A model generated the notes under the pieces. That model made no database searches. It was not told the DNA's origin and worked only from the letters and a program-made list of their open reading frames with translations. A stretch of DNA of 64,000 bases from Octopus vulgaris. Its lineage: Eukaryota. Location: positions 13,950,001 to 14,014,000 of the forward strand of contig OX597840.1 of assembly GCA_951406725.2 (NCBI GenBank), in the 5' to 3' direction. Made by a program: the position numbers and the translations under genes. Shown here piece by piece: positions 1 through 11,983 of this stretch; position 1 is the stretch's first letter, and each line of letters opens with the position of its first letter.

Positions 1-126
1 GTGGGGCTGGAACAGATTAATTATATTTATCTAATTTCAATGGGGAAAATTGATTTGTAAAACAAATAAATTGTAAGACAAGCTCGGTCATGGAACGAAT
101 TAAACTCGTACTGCAAGGTATCGCTG
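1..126. mobile_element. End of a Tigger/pogo-like MITE (truncated by window edge)
   Basis: Ends ...CAAGGTATCGCTG followed by TA, resembling a Tigger-type TIR; the other end is not in the window. Confidence 0.45.
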
Positions 127-184
127 TATATATATTTCAGGCTGTAGGTCACAGTTTTGCACCAAGTTATTGAAATATTGACTT

Positions 185-308
185 CAAATTTTGGTACAAG
201 GCCAGTAATCTCAAGGAAGGGGTTAAGCTGATTACATCCTCCCCAGTGCATAACTGGTACTTATTTTATTGACCCCAAAAAGATGAAGTGCAAAGTCAAC
301 CTCAGTGA
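185..308 (-). mobile_element. SINE fragment (family B, GTCGACTTTGCCTTTCATCC core)
   Basis: Degenerate reverse complement of the core in the full copies at 15975 and 42041. Confidence 0.7.
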
Positions 309-851
309 AAAGGTAATTGAAATATTACAGAAATAAGCAAGGCAGCTTTACAAAGAGAAGGTGATAGTCACATGACGTTATCTGTAATTGGGTTTTTTTC
401 CAGCATCTGACATCACATCATCCTCAAATACATCTATTCTGGGAGCACTGCAATCAACATTGGAAAAAAAAGTCACTGATTAGAAAATATAATCCAATTA
501 AACTAATTATATAAATTAGTGCAGCATTTTGAAAGAAATGTATTTTCTGAGAAAAAAAAATCCAGAGTAAAATTTTGTGTTCTATATTAGTTGATTTGAA
601 GTTCTTTGTGTACGTATTTGCAAAATTTAACTTGAACCATGTTCTGGATGGGACCATCCTGAGAGAATCCCTATTCATGCACAACTTAAAGACTGCGAGC
701 ATCATCTTTTGAAAGCAATTTATCCAAAATACTTATTGCTCATACCAGCTTTCACCTATCACCTTATCCCTTGCAGCCTTTCATCTTTTATATTCTCATC
801 ACCTGTGTTGATTGCACCATCATTCCCATGAAAAATTCATCAGGCTTTATA

Positions 852-1515
852 CAGGGTGTCTCAAAAGACACTGATGGGTTTCAATTTTTAATAACTTCCT
901 AAACTTTACAAAGAAATGCATAAAATTTTGAAACAATATAAAGGACAGAATGGAAATTAATATTCACAAGTCAAATTTTCCAACACCCCAACATCGCATT
1001 TGAAAGATGACATTGCTTAAATGTGGCAGTCATTTTCGGCTTTGCATGCCTGTGCTCTTTCCAAAACTTGCACCATAACACCCTCAAGAGTTTCAGACCC
1101 CCTACTTCTCTGATTTCTCTATTGATGTTCTCCTTCAATTGCACTAGGGTCTCTGGTTTGTTGACGTTAACCCTCTCTTTCAGGTATCCCTACAAGAAAA
1201 ATCCAGGCTAGTCAGAGACCCTGGTGCAACTGAAGGAGAACATCAATAGAGAAATCAGAGAATTGAGGTTTGAAACACTGGAAGATGTTATGGTGCAAGT
1301 TTTGGAGAGAGCACGACAGGCATGCGTAGCTGAAAATGGCTGCCATTTCAGCGATGTCAATTTTCAAATGTGATGTAGTGGTGTTGCAAAATTTGACTTG
1401 TGCATATTAATTTCCATTCTGTCCTTTATTTTGTTTCAAAATTTCGTGCATTTATTTGTAAAGTTAAGGAAGTTATTAAAAGCTGAAACCCAACAGTGAC
1501 TTTTGGGACACCCTG
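852..1515. mobile_element. Fold-back Tc1/mariner-superfamily non-autonomous element built from two transposon 3' ends
   Basis: TA|CAGGGTGTC...GACACCCTG|TA. ~300-bp inverted arms, each encoding a transposase C-terminus (ETLVQLKENINREIRE..CVAENGCHF); the left arm also has a residual FFL*GYLKERV. Confidence 0.85.
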
Positions 1516-1599
1516 TATATAGGAGATTGCATTAGGCCGTCCTGCAATCCAAGGCACTTTGAATGGGCTAGGGCTTCTATGTGAAGCTGGTGCAGGAAA

Positions 1600-2782
1600 C
1601 AGCCATGAACTCACGTTATTTGTCGGGTCTTCACAGTCACAGCATATCTCCAGAGATCTCGGTCTTTCATCATTGCCTCTGTGAGGCCCAACATTCAAAG
1701 GTCATGCTTGACCACCTCATGCCATGTCTTCCTGGATCTACCTCTCCCCCTGATACCTTCAACTGTTTGAGAGTGGCACTTCTTCACATATCTCTCCTCA
1801 TCCATCCACAGTACATGACCATACCAGCACAAACGTCTCTCTTGCACACCACATCCGATGCTTCTTATGTCCAGCATTTCTCTTATGGCATTTACACTCT
1901 GTCGTGTATGCACACTGACATTACACATCCAGCGGATCATGCTAGCTTCATTTCTTTCAAGCCTATGCATGTCCTCTGCAGTCACAGCCCATGTTTCACT
2001 ACCGTGAAGCATGGCAGTTTGCACACATGTGTCATACAATCTACCTTTCACAATGAGCGAGAAACCTTTTGTCACCAGTAGGGGTAGGAGCTTTCTAAAC
2101 TTTGCCCAGGCTATTCTTATTCTAGTGGTAACACTCTCTGAGCATCCACCTCCACTACTAACTTGGTCACCTAGGTAGCGGAAACTATCAACTACTGCTT
2201 GTTTCTCCCCCAGGAGTGTAATGGAATCTGTTTTCTGAGTATCAATGGTGTCTATCGCCCCTGTGCATCTGCCACACACGAAAGCTATCATCTCGATTAA
2301 TCTTCCTTTGATGTTGCTGCACCTCTTATGTGTCCATAGCTTACACTGGGTACACCTTTTCTACAGATCGAGCAGGGCCACCTACTTGAGGGTGTGTGTG
2401 ATGAGTTCACCTTCCTACTTACTAGAACTTTGGTCTTTGCTACATTGACTCTAAGGCCTTTTGATTCTAGACCTTGCTTCCACACCCAAAATTTCTTTTC
2501 TAGTTCTGGTAGTGATTCTGCTATGAGGGCCAGGTCATCAGCATAGAGGAGCTCCCAGGGGCAACCCGTCTTGAATTCCTCTGTTATTGCCTGGAGGTCT
2601 ATGATGAATAAAAGGGGACTGAGGGCTGAACCTTGGTGGACCCCTGCTTCTACCCAGAATTCTTCACTATACACATTGCTAATCCTAACCTTGCTGATGG
2701 CCTCTCTGTATAGGGCCTGTACAGCCCTTATTAACCATTCATCAATCTCTAGTTTCTGCATCGCCCACCAGATAAGGGAGTC
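1600..2782 (-). pseudogene. RTE-clade LINE, 3' part of reverse transcriptase ORF (frameshifted)
   Basis: GVHQGSALSPLLFII, LLYADDLAL, FRYLGD, MLHGSETW, RRLCWYGHV and GRGRSRKTW motifs in ORFs 2297-2842 and 1695-2291. Confidence 0.92.
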
Positions 2783-3030
2783 ATATATATGCATATATGT
2801 GTGTGTGTGTTTGTGTGTCTGTGTTTGTCTCCCCAACATCATCTTGACAACTGATGCTAGTGTGTTTATGTCCCTGTAACAGTGGTTTGGAAAAAGAGAC
2901 CAATAGAATAAGTATTAGGCTTACAAAGAATAAGTTCTGGGGTCAGTTTGCTTGACTAAAGACGGTGCTCCAGCTTGACTAAAGACTAAAGACGGTGCAC
3001 AGTCAAATGACAGAAACCAGTAAAGAGTAC
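2783..3030 (+). mobile_element. SINE family A, 3' half
   Basis: Matches the 3' half of full copies (18354, 48983). Confidence 0.8.
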
Positions 3031-3205
3031 ATAGTACAGATACTCAGGGAATCGATTTTCTCATTGCTGTGGAGGTTCATTACAGGTAGTGGATAATTTC
3101 TGCAATTTAAGGGACATAATTAGCTGTGTGCTGGGATGCCCAGAAAGTGTAATTGTGAGAATAAGAATAAGTTGGAGAAAATTCAAAGAGCTTTTACCTC
3201 TATTG

Positions 3206-5834
3206 TCAGAAACAACATCACTTTCAATTTCTTTGCTAACTCTGAACTCCAGACCTTTCTCAATTTATGGCATGCACTCCAGGCAAGAGCTTTCCTTGCT
3301 ACCATGTCTTTTTCAGTACTTTGTGTCCACAAGCCAAGGCACTTGAAATTTTCAACTACCTTCAGCAACTTATCGTCTCTCACTTTCACTGACACAAGCA
3401 TTTCGTGGTTGAATTCTTGCAGCTCTGTTTTGTTTGCATTACAGTACAATCCTACCTTCCCCGATTCCTGCTCTAATCTGCTCAACACCTCCTGTGACTG
3501 ATCTCTCCTCTCTGTTAGTATCGCCAGATCCTCAGCATTGGTCTAGATCAGTTACTGTCACTGCTTGGTGCCGTCTACTTCCTTGCCTATGCACTTTGAA
3601 TCCCAGTTCTTCTTCCTTGCCCTCATACATTTTATGCTTTGTATAGTCCAGAACGATGGTGAAGAGATAAGGTGCTAGCATGTCGCATTGTAATACTCTG
3701 GCTTTGACTTCAAAGTATTCTGTCTCTCCATCAGGAGTGATCTCTTTCAATTACTTATTGCTCTCAGAATTCTTGGTGAAATATCCTACGCTTTAAGTAT
3801 CTTCACCATCATTCCTCTATGTACTGAATCAAAAGCCTTTTTAAAGTCTACATAGATAATGACAGCCTTCCTTGTTACAGCTCTGAACTCCCTCTATCAG
3901 TCTTCGAAGTGCAACAATGTGAGATGTTGTTGACCGTCCTGATCTGAATCCATTTTGATTTAGTCACAATTGTTTGTCTATCTTATGTTGTATTTGGTTA
4001 AGTATCATCTTGCAACAATGGATGGCAGACTGATCCCTCTCTAATCCCCAGTATCACTTAGGTCTCCAGTTTTGGGCAGCAGTGGCAAGTCTATCTCAGA
4101 CCATTGTTCTAGCTTCACATTGTCATTTAGTAGTTTGTCTGCAAATTAAAGGATGATGTTGTCTAAATCGCATCTCTTCAGTACTTCTGGTGGGATGCTG
4201 TGAGGACCAGTTTGTTTTCCTTCTTTCAGGTTACTTGTAGCGCTTTCTAGTATTTCTTATTTTGTGAAGTCTCCATCCTTGATTTGCAAATTGTCAAGTA
4301 TCTTTGCTAATTCTTCATTTTCTGTTTCACTATCAACTTCTGGATCCTTCCCAAGTAAGTTCTAGAAATGAGTGTACCATTTCTAGATTCTCTCGTCCTT
4401 TGATTTCCCTTTGATGACCCTCTGCTTTGCAGCTTTATGACCAGTGATGGAGTTAATCGGCCTCCCGCTTTCTCTGTGTTTACTCTCTGCGTCTGCATTT
4501 TCGACCTGGGAGATCATTTCATCCAGTTCTTCTTCTTGAATCTCTTGGTACACCTGTTTTAGACCCTCTTTCGTTCTTTGTAAAGTTTGTTTAGTATCAT
4601 TGTTGGCAGCTCTTTGATAGTTGCTGAATGACTCTTGTACTTCACTGCATGCTTTTTCTGCCCTAGGATCATCAGCTAACCTTCTCCGTTTCATCCTCTT
4701 CTTTATCAGTTTTGCTGCCGCTTCTTCATTTGATTGCACAAACTTGCCATTTTGCTCTGTAACAGTATCCCAGTTGTTGGATAGTTCAGCAAATCTGTTA
4801 GGCACTGCAACCGTATAAAGCTGTTGAGGTCCTGTATTTCGCAAAGCAGACCAATCGCAGCATTTTTTTTCTTACAGGAGCTTTATTCTTCTACACGGGG
4901 CTGAAACATGGATGCTCACTAAAGCATTGAAGAAGCAGTTGGACGGCTGTTATATGAGGATGTGTAGTAGTCTGTGGTCTGTAGTTAAAATAGTTGAATG
5001 ATCTATCTTGCAAGAAGTGTTATAGAGTAATCTCCTTTTAATAAGTTTCTCGAAAATTCTACGTCATGAAAAGTAATTCTTAATTATTCAAGAAGCTTTG
5101 CGTTTCTCTTGGTAGTTTCTAGAATGTCTAGCGTTCCATTAACAAAAACAATTTGCTTGCCCTGCTCTTTGCTTCTTAATTGACTAGACTCTGAGCCATT
5201 CACATCGTTGCTATGCCCGTCTATTTCTCTACGCCACATGACTGAAAACCACCACTTAGTTGTTATTTCTACATTTCCTGTTTCTGAACAGCCTTGCATA
5301 GATTATTTTATTCAACTAGACTCTACATTTTGATTATATTTCATCAACAACCAATGAATAAAATATATTTTTATGTAGTAAATATATAGTTCTTAAATTT
5401 CTTCTTCTTTGTAAGAATTCTTCCAATAATATACATGCAGCCATTTCAATACTTGATACTGAACATATATTTTACACTACAGATGTTTAGAATGGCATTC
5501 AATGTCTCCTGGAAGAGTCATACAACAAACATTGACTTATATCAGGGACTACCAAAAGTAACATTGAAGATACAGCATAGAAGGATGAGGCCAGCTGGAC
5601 ACTGCATCAGTCACACCGATGAAATTGTCAGCAAGTTAGTGCTCTGGCAACCAATGAAAGGAAGAACCAGGACAGGAAGGAGGAAGATGACCTGTATCAA
5701 CAATTTTCTGAAGGATTCTGTTATGGAAGGGGTACAGGAGCTGAGGACCATTATGGAAGATCGAGATGAATAGGAAAAAACGTGTGGAAACAGTCTTGGT
5801 GTGTCTTGTGGGACAACCTAGATAGATAGATAGA
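3206..5834. mobile_element. RTE-like LINE with inverted 5' part: minus strand 3206-~4870, plus strand ~4880-5834, (TAGA)n tail
   Basis: Minus part: TPDGETEYFE..VLQCDMLAPYLFTIVLDY..VENFKCLG..KLKVMLFLT. Plus part continues ILLHGAETW..RRMRPAGHC. TSD TTTACCTCT(A/G)TTG at 3193-3205 and 5835-5847. Confidence 0.85.
4963..5481. mobile_element. Solo LTR (Gypsy-like, 4-bp TSD)
   Basis: TGTAGT...ACTACA termini; GATG duplicated at 4959-4962 and 5482-5485; excision restores the LINE frame GCYMRMFRMAF. Confidence 0.8.
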
Positions 5835-6162
5835 TTTACCTCTGTTGGCAACAAAAAAGCCTTTCTCCCGAAATGAAAGGGAGAGTGTATGATGCATGTG
5901 TATGAACAACAATACTACATGGTAGTGAGATGTGGGCCCTGAATGCAGAAGACATGCAAAGGCTAGAGAGGAATGAAGCTTGTGTGTTCTGCTGGATGAG
6001 CAGTGTCAGTGCACATGTACTACAAAGTGCTGGTGTATTTAGAGAAAGGTTAGGCATAAGAAGGATTAGATGCAGTATGTAGGAGAGAAGATTGCACTGG
6101 TTTGGTCATGTGATGCATGTGGATGTAGACAGTTGCATGCTGAAGTGCCAATCACTTATCAA

Positions 6163-6587
6163 CCGTTTAGCATTCAGATTACTCTGTCAAATGTAATGCT
6201 TATTTATTCACATTGTTTTGCTTTAATCATGCATCGTCTTATTACATTGAGATTTTGATGTGGTTGCTTTTGTTCGAATAACATCAAAGCATAAGTGTGA
6301 GAGGCCAGAAGGAAGCTGATTTGACCATAAAACAGGCAGACTATTTTGGCCAGATATCATCATCATCATCCAGTGTTTCAAATCTGGGTTTTCTCCCCAT
6401 TAACAGGGGTGGCCAGATCTACCTCAAATGCTATAGCAACCACCCTCACACCATCTCACCATCTTGTCCGGTTTTGGGCGTCCTCCTTTTTCAAACCAAC
6501 TCTCTCAATCTCCTCCTCTACCTATTCCCTCTACCCTCTCCTTGATCTACCTCGCTTTCGAATATGGCTGGCTTAAATGCTAAAGGG
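6163..6587. mobile_element. piggyBac-type MITE with an internal retroposon tail insertion (~6356-6556)
   Basis: CCGTTTAGCATT...AATGCTAAAGGG|TTAA; left TTAA is degenerate (TCAA). Confidence 0.6.
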
Positions 6588-7142
6588 TTAAAATGGATTG
6601 AAATTATTGAAGAGAGAGTCCCAGGAAGACATGGGATGAAATACTGTAGGCTGATCTCATGACACCAAGCCTTATGAAGGAGATGATAAATGATTGATAT
6701 ATATATGGCACCTTGTTTACTCAAGAAGACCCATCCACCACAGCAAAATTGACACCACGGCTGGTGCCACATAAAAAGAACCCAGTAAACTCCATGGAGT
6801 GGTTGGTCATTAGGAAGGGTGGCATCCAGCCGTAGAAACCATGCCAGAAACAGACAATGGAACCTGGTGTAGCTCCTAGCCTTACCAGTTCTGGTTAAAC
6901 CATCCAACCCATGCCAGCATGAAAAACAGATGGCGATGATGATGATGGTGATTGTTTATATATATGATGATATAAATGTATGTATATATATATATACATA
7001 CATATATATATATGTACTTTACAAGATAAGGGCAAAAGAAAATTCTAATGCCAAATATGCCGAAAAAGACAATGATTGTCAATAAACCATTATAATTTAT
7101 GCGTCTCGAAACAAACCGATAGAAATCTCTAAAAATTCGTTA

Positions 7143-7203
7143 TTACCGTATTGGTCCAATTTCGGGGTTAATTCGTAAGAAATTTTCCCCTCTTCAGCGG
7201 CAA
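7143..7203 (-). ncRNA. Type-I hammerhead ribozyme motif, canonical core
   Basis: UUGCCG-CUGAAGA-GGGG(loop)CCCC-GAAA-UUGG a CCAA-UA/CGGUAA; stems I, II and III all pair. Confidence 0.75.
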
Positions 7204-7309
7204 ATATGCGAGATATAAGTGAAATACTTGGGGTACTTAGGTCTGCTCGGGACTTGGTGCTTACTTCTTCCATGAGTATGAGTAAGTATTTCACTTATAT
7301 CTCGCGTAT

Positions 7310-7370
7310 TTGGCGCTGAAGAGGGGAAAATTTCTTATGAATTAACCCCGAAATTGGACCAATACGGTAA
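7310..7370 (+). ncRNA. Type-I hammerhead motif (inverted copy, one stem-I mismatch)
   Basis: TTGGCG-CTGAAGA-GGGG..CCCC-GAAA-TTGGACCAA-TA-CGGTAA. Confidence 0.65.
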
Positions 7371-8929
7371 TAACGAATTTTTTAGAGATTTCTATCAGTT
7401 TGTTTCGAGACGCATAAATTATGGTTTATTGACAATCATTGTCTTTTTTCGACATATTTGGCATTAGAATTTTTCTTTTGCCCTTATCTTGTAAATTATT
7501 TATAAATTTAACCTTTAAAGGTATTTTTTGATATGCTGGCCATTGATAAAATTTTTTTCCCGAAAAAAATTTTATCCTACATTAGTTATATATATATGTA
7601 TATATATATTTATGTGTGTGTGTGTGTATATACTCAAAATAAGCAACATGTATATCTTCAGTAATTTGGTACGATTATTTCATGCTACTTCATTTTATTA
7701 AACATTGTAAATATTACATCAGTTTTAAAATGTTGAGCAATCTTCAGCCATTTATAGAAGTCTTCCATCAAACGGACAATGCACATTCTTATCTCTATTT
7801 CGTTTGCCAACATTATAAAGAGGGTAGATATACAGACAGAGAGGTTGATATACTTGTTGCTTATTTTGATTATAATCACCCTACGGATTTTTATGGATAA
7901 TACCATACAAAATTCTGGTACCTCTGACTTAAGTACCATATTCATCTGAATCTAAATTTTGCTGAACTTATATGGTTGTATATATATATGTGTGTGTGTG
8001 TATGTGTGTACACACACATATTCAGATGCACACACACACACACTTATGCATCACATTTTATAATCTTTTGCTACTGCTCCTGTCTGGCCTGAATTTTCAT
8101 TCACAACAATTTCTGTTGGATTTCTTTTAGTTTTGTCTATTTTTTCATAAAATTCTGATACAAAATTCTTCAATTTTTTTTCCATAAATCTTCGTCTGCT
8201 GACATTAAATTATTCCTTGGGAAAACAAGAAAACGACAATTTTTTTTTTTCCTTCAACAAAATTATGGAAATGGTTTAATCTCTTTCTCTTTGTTCTTTT
8301 CTCTTATTTTCTATCAATCTCCTTTTCTCTAATTCTTTTTCTTCTGCCTTTTCCCCCTTGCTTACTCTCATCCATCACCCTTTCTCTAAATTTTTTCTCT
8401 TTCCCTCTTCTTGCTCTCTCTCTCTCACTCCTGTCTCTCTGTATCTCTCTCTCCTCAATCATTCAGTATCTGTTTGTCTGATTGTCTCACTGCTTCTAAC
8501 CCACCTCCTCTCTACAAATCATGCATTATTCTTACACATTCAAATCACTACCGAGATAAGCTAACAAAGTATTCTCTATGCAGCAAAACAACCTACTAAG
8601 TACAACAACCAAATTTTTCTGGTTTTATCAGGGCAACATAGCTCCAGATATACTTATCAAAAGGAGGGGATAGTTACAATTGGAGTATCTATGATCTTTG
8701 ATCCGTTTAAGTGGAGCTGACCTTGGCTAAACAACATTTATGAAAATCTTGTGAGCAATGTCCTGGGTGGGAAACCCCTCAATGAATCCAAGTTCTAATT
8801 CCATACATTTGCACCCGGAAAAAATTACCTGTCCCAGCAATAGGCCTTGGTAACAGATTATTTTTTTATGAAAGACTAACAGTTTCTTATACATACAAGT
8901 CTCCTCAAGTCTACCACAGTGTTGATATT

Positions 8930-9660
8930 TATTCCTTTATTGCCCACAAGGGGCTAAACATAGAGGGGACAAACAAGGACAGACAAAGGGATTAAGTCAA
9001 TTACATCGACCCCAGTACGCAACTGACACTTATTTAATCGACCCCGAAAGTATGAAAGGCAAAAGTCAACCTTGGTGGAATTTGAACTCAGAATGTAACA
9101 GCAGATGAAATACCACTGAGCATTTCACCTGGCATGCTAATGTTTCTGCCAGCTCGTCACCCTCACAGTGTTGACATTGTCCAAGGGGAAAGAAAACAGA
9201 GAAAATTTGACCCCAGAACTGTCACAGATTTTACTATTAAAACTCAGAGTGTAAACAAACAAAAAAAAAATACTGCAAGGTGTTCTGTCTGACCCTTAAT
9301 AAACTCTGACAATCCACTACTTTGAACTGGTCCTTTTTTTATTGGCCCCAAACAGGTGAAAGACAACTTTGACCTTGGTGGGATTTGAACTCAGAGCTCT
9401 AGGAGGTAGAATAAATATTACATTCTGTTCAATGTTCTAATGATTCTGACAATATGTTGTCTTTGCTGGAAATAATAGTAAAATTTCCCTCGCATCACAC
9501 TCCCTCATCTTCAACGGTGGAAGGATATGTTAGATAATGGTTTCAAATTTTTCCACAAGGGCAGCAATTTTTGGGGAGAGGATGAGTCAATTACATCGAC
9601 CCAGTGTTTCACTGGTACTTAATTTATCAACCCTGAAAGGATGAAAGGCAAAGTCGACCT
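8930..9660 (-). mobile_element. Cluster of three family-B SINE copies or fragments
   Basis: Reverse complements of the family B core at ~8930-9160, 9300-9450 and 9540-9660. Confidence 0.75.
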
Positions 9661-9884
9661 AAAATTGCCTAAAATTTTTATTATTATACACTCAGCAATT
9701 TAAAAAAAAATAATGTTGTTTGTATATACGTCAGATCCTAGACATATTTTTGTGTGAATATGTGTATTGGCATGCATATGTATTTGTAAGCGTGCGTCTA
9801 TGTATATGTGTAAGTGAGCGTGTATGTTTGTACTTATGCACATACATACATGAATGTATGTGTATGCATGTATTCACTTGGACT

Positions 9885-10087
9885 TGTGTGGATGTGTGTT
9901 TACATACTTGTCTCTATATATTTATATATGTGTTCTTATATGTGTATTTACTGTGTGGATGTGTGTTTACATACTTGTCTCTATATATTTATATATGTGT
10001 TCTTATATGTGTATTTACTGTGTGGATGTGTGTTTACATACTTGTCTCTATATATTTATATATGTGTTCTTATATGTGTATTTACTG
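9885..10087. repeat. 67-bp tandem repeat x3
   Basis: TGTGTGGATGTGTGTTTACATACTTG starts at 9885, 9952 and 10019. Confidence 0.9.
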
Positions 10088-10314
10088 CTCACATACTTTA
10101 TATACACATGTATACGTAATTTTATTTTGTGAACATTCGTTACGTATTGTCAGACTTTTTTCTTTCTTCCTTTCTTTCGTTATTTTTTCTCTCCCTATTC
10201 GTTACTTTAGGCCCCCCTCCCCCTCTCTTACTCACGTCTTTAGCTTTCTGTTGCTTACAAGATCGTTACCTTTTCGTTTCTTCCCCCTCCCTGGGTTTTA
10301 CTTATAGTCTATAT

Positions 10315-10515
10315 CAGTGCTTTTCAAACTTTTTGCTGGAGCGGAACCCCAAGGAAACATTCCACTGGCTCGGGGAACCCCTGTGCAATAATTTAATAGT
10401 CTTATGCACACATACCTGCACAGGAGAATTAAAAATTACTGCCGATTTTAGCAGTTTTGTAACTTCTTGCGGAACCCCTGGACTGTATTGGCGAAACCCT
10501 GGTTGAAAACCACTG
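10315..10515. mobile_element. hAT (Charlie-like) MITE
   Basis: CAGTG..TTTTCAA / TTGAAAA..CACTG TIRs; perfect 8-bp TSD GTCTATAT at 10307-10314 and 10516-10523. Confidence 0.9.
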
Positions 10516-10984
10516 GTCTATATGTATACACCAAGTGATTTTTGTATGCAAGCAAGATTACGAATACATATGTGCACATGTATTTGTGTGTATATTTTCG
10601 TTTTGCATTTATATATCTGTGTATGTATGCGGTCTGCGCACATCTATCTGTGTATTTTGATGTATACATGTATATTGATGGTTTAGTATGAATATAGACT
10701 GTTGTGAAATATTTTAATATATTTTAATTTCAATTTCTATGTATTAATTGTATTAATCGAATTATATTTTCTACATAATTAATGACAATATGTATTTGAA
10801 TCAAATCTTCGATTTAAGGTTTTTTTATAATTTTATATTGAACTCATTTATTTGTTTTGTTTATCGCTCGCATATGACCGTTATTTGAAAGGACCAATCA
10901 AACAAATCCATTTTAAAGGTGCATCGTTTATACTAGTCTTGATCGAATTGTCATCTCGGTTCTATTTTAATAAAACTGTCCGAC

Positions 10985-11983
10985 GGATCTTTTCCTTTTG
11001 AACGGCACTTTTCAACACAATTTCTAGTTAACTAAACACTTTTAAACTTCGTATACTGGTAGAATGTGTTTATAAAGCATCATTTTTTCTTGGCTTTATT
11101 GAGAAAATTCTATATGTTGTAACATATTTCGTCTTTAATTTCGAGCATTTCGGCAATTTTAACCAATCGCTGACCTCCATTTAGCTAAATAACATTCTGT
11201 GCATAATGAATATGTCCCTACTTTAAGAAACAGATTGGGTTTATTTACATTTGTGAAGAAAAAGATACCCTTCCCCCACCCCTAACCCTAAATCTAAAAT
11301 AGATTGAAATGCAATAGATCGATACTAGGGTTATAATTATGGGTGACAATTTCATACGACACCGCTACGGAAAATGAGATTTTTTTCTTGCGGTGTCAAA
11401 TGAAAATGTCACCCATAATTATGGCCCCAGTATCGATCTATTTCATTTCAATCTATTTTAGATTTAGGGTTAGGTTTAGGGGTGGGGGAAGGGTATCTTC
11501 TATGGCATCCCGTCCAGATGGGGAACACATACGCCATAGAAACCGGGAAACCGGACCCATGAGTCTGGCTAGGCTTTAAAAGGGCGCATTTATTATATAT
11601 ATATATGCTTTATTTAAAAGCAGCAGAAATTTACCTAAAGCTGTTACTCGGAGTTTCACGTTCCCGTTCGTCGGACAGGATCGTTTCCTTTTGAACGGCA
11701 GTTTGTAACATAATTTCTAGGTAACTAAAAAGTTTTAAATTTCGTATACTGGTAGAATGATACAGTTAGTAATTTTATTCAGCTGAATAGACGTCATTGA
11801 TTGGTTGGAATTACCAAAATAGGACAACTTTAATATGAAATTACTTCGTAAATATAAGTTTTTCTCAAAAACACTAAGAGTAAAAGATGTTTTATATGAC
11901 ACATTCTACCAGTGTCTGAAGTTTGAAAGTGTTTAGATAGAAAAAATTATTTTTTAAATCTGTAGGTCAAAAGGTAAAGATCC
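10985..11983. mobile_element. Two related MITE-like elements (10985-~11500 and 11678-11983) with GGATC.TT.CCTTTTGA termini; internal palindrome 11262-11499
   Basis: Shared 5' sequence; 11678 GGATCGTTTCCTTTTGA is matched by TCAAAAGGTAAAGATCC at ~11967-11983; CCCTAA-containing ~105-bp inverted arms. Confidence 0.55.
11641..11678 (-). ncRNA. Minimal hammerhead-like motif (U4C variant)
   Basis: CUGU-CCGACGA-ACG ggaa CGU-GAAA-CUC c GAG-UA/ACAG. Confidence 0.55.

Larger units (their letters stand above)
3040..6950 (+). pseudogene. Old RTE LINE 3' fragment acting as host; pieces at ~3040-3205, 5835-6155 and 6592-6950
   Basis: DNFCNL..RIRISWRKFKELLPLL resumes at 5835 with KGRVYDACV..LHGSEMW and a decayed RLHWFGHV; ends in a (GAT)n tail. 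Confidence 0.75.
7018..7584. mobile_element. Palindromic Penelope-like pLTR-type element in a TA microsatellite
   Basis: ~210-bp inverted arms 7018-7229 and 7284-7495 plus an unpaired tail to 7584; hammerhead motif in each arm; related element at 35013. Confidence 0.7.

Noticed and set aside
11275-11485. Telomeric CCCTAA/TTAGGG repeats
   Set aside because: Only 1-2 units inside a MITE-like palindrome; not a telomere or fusion site
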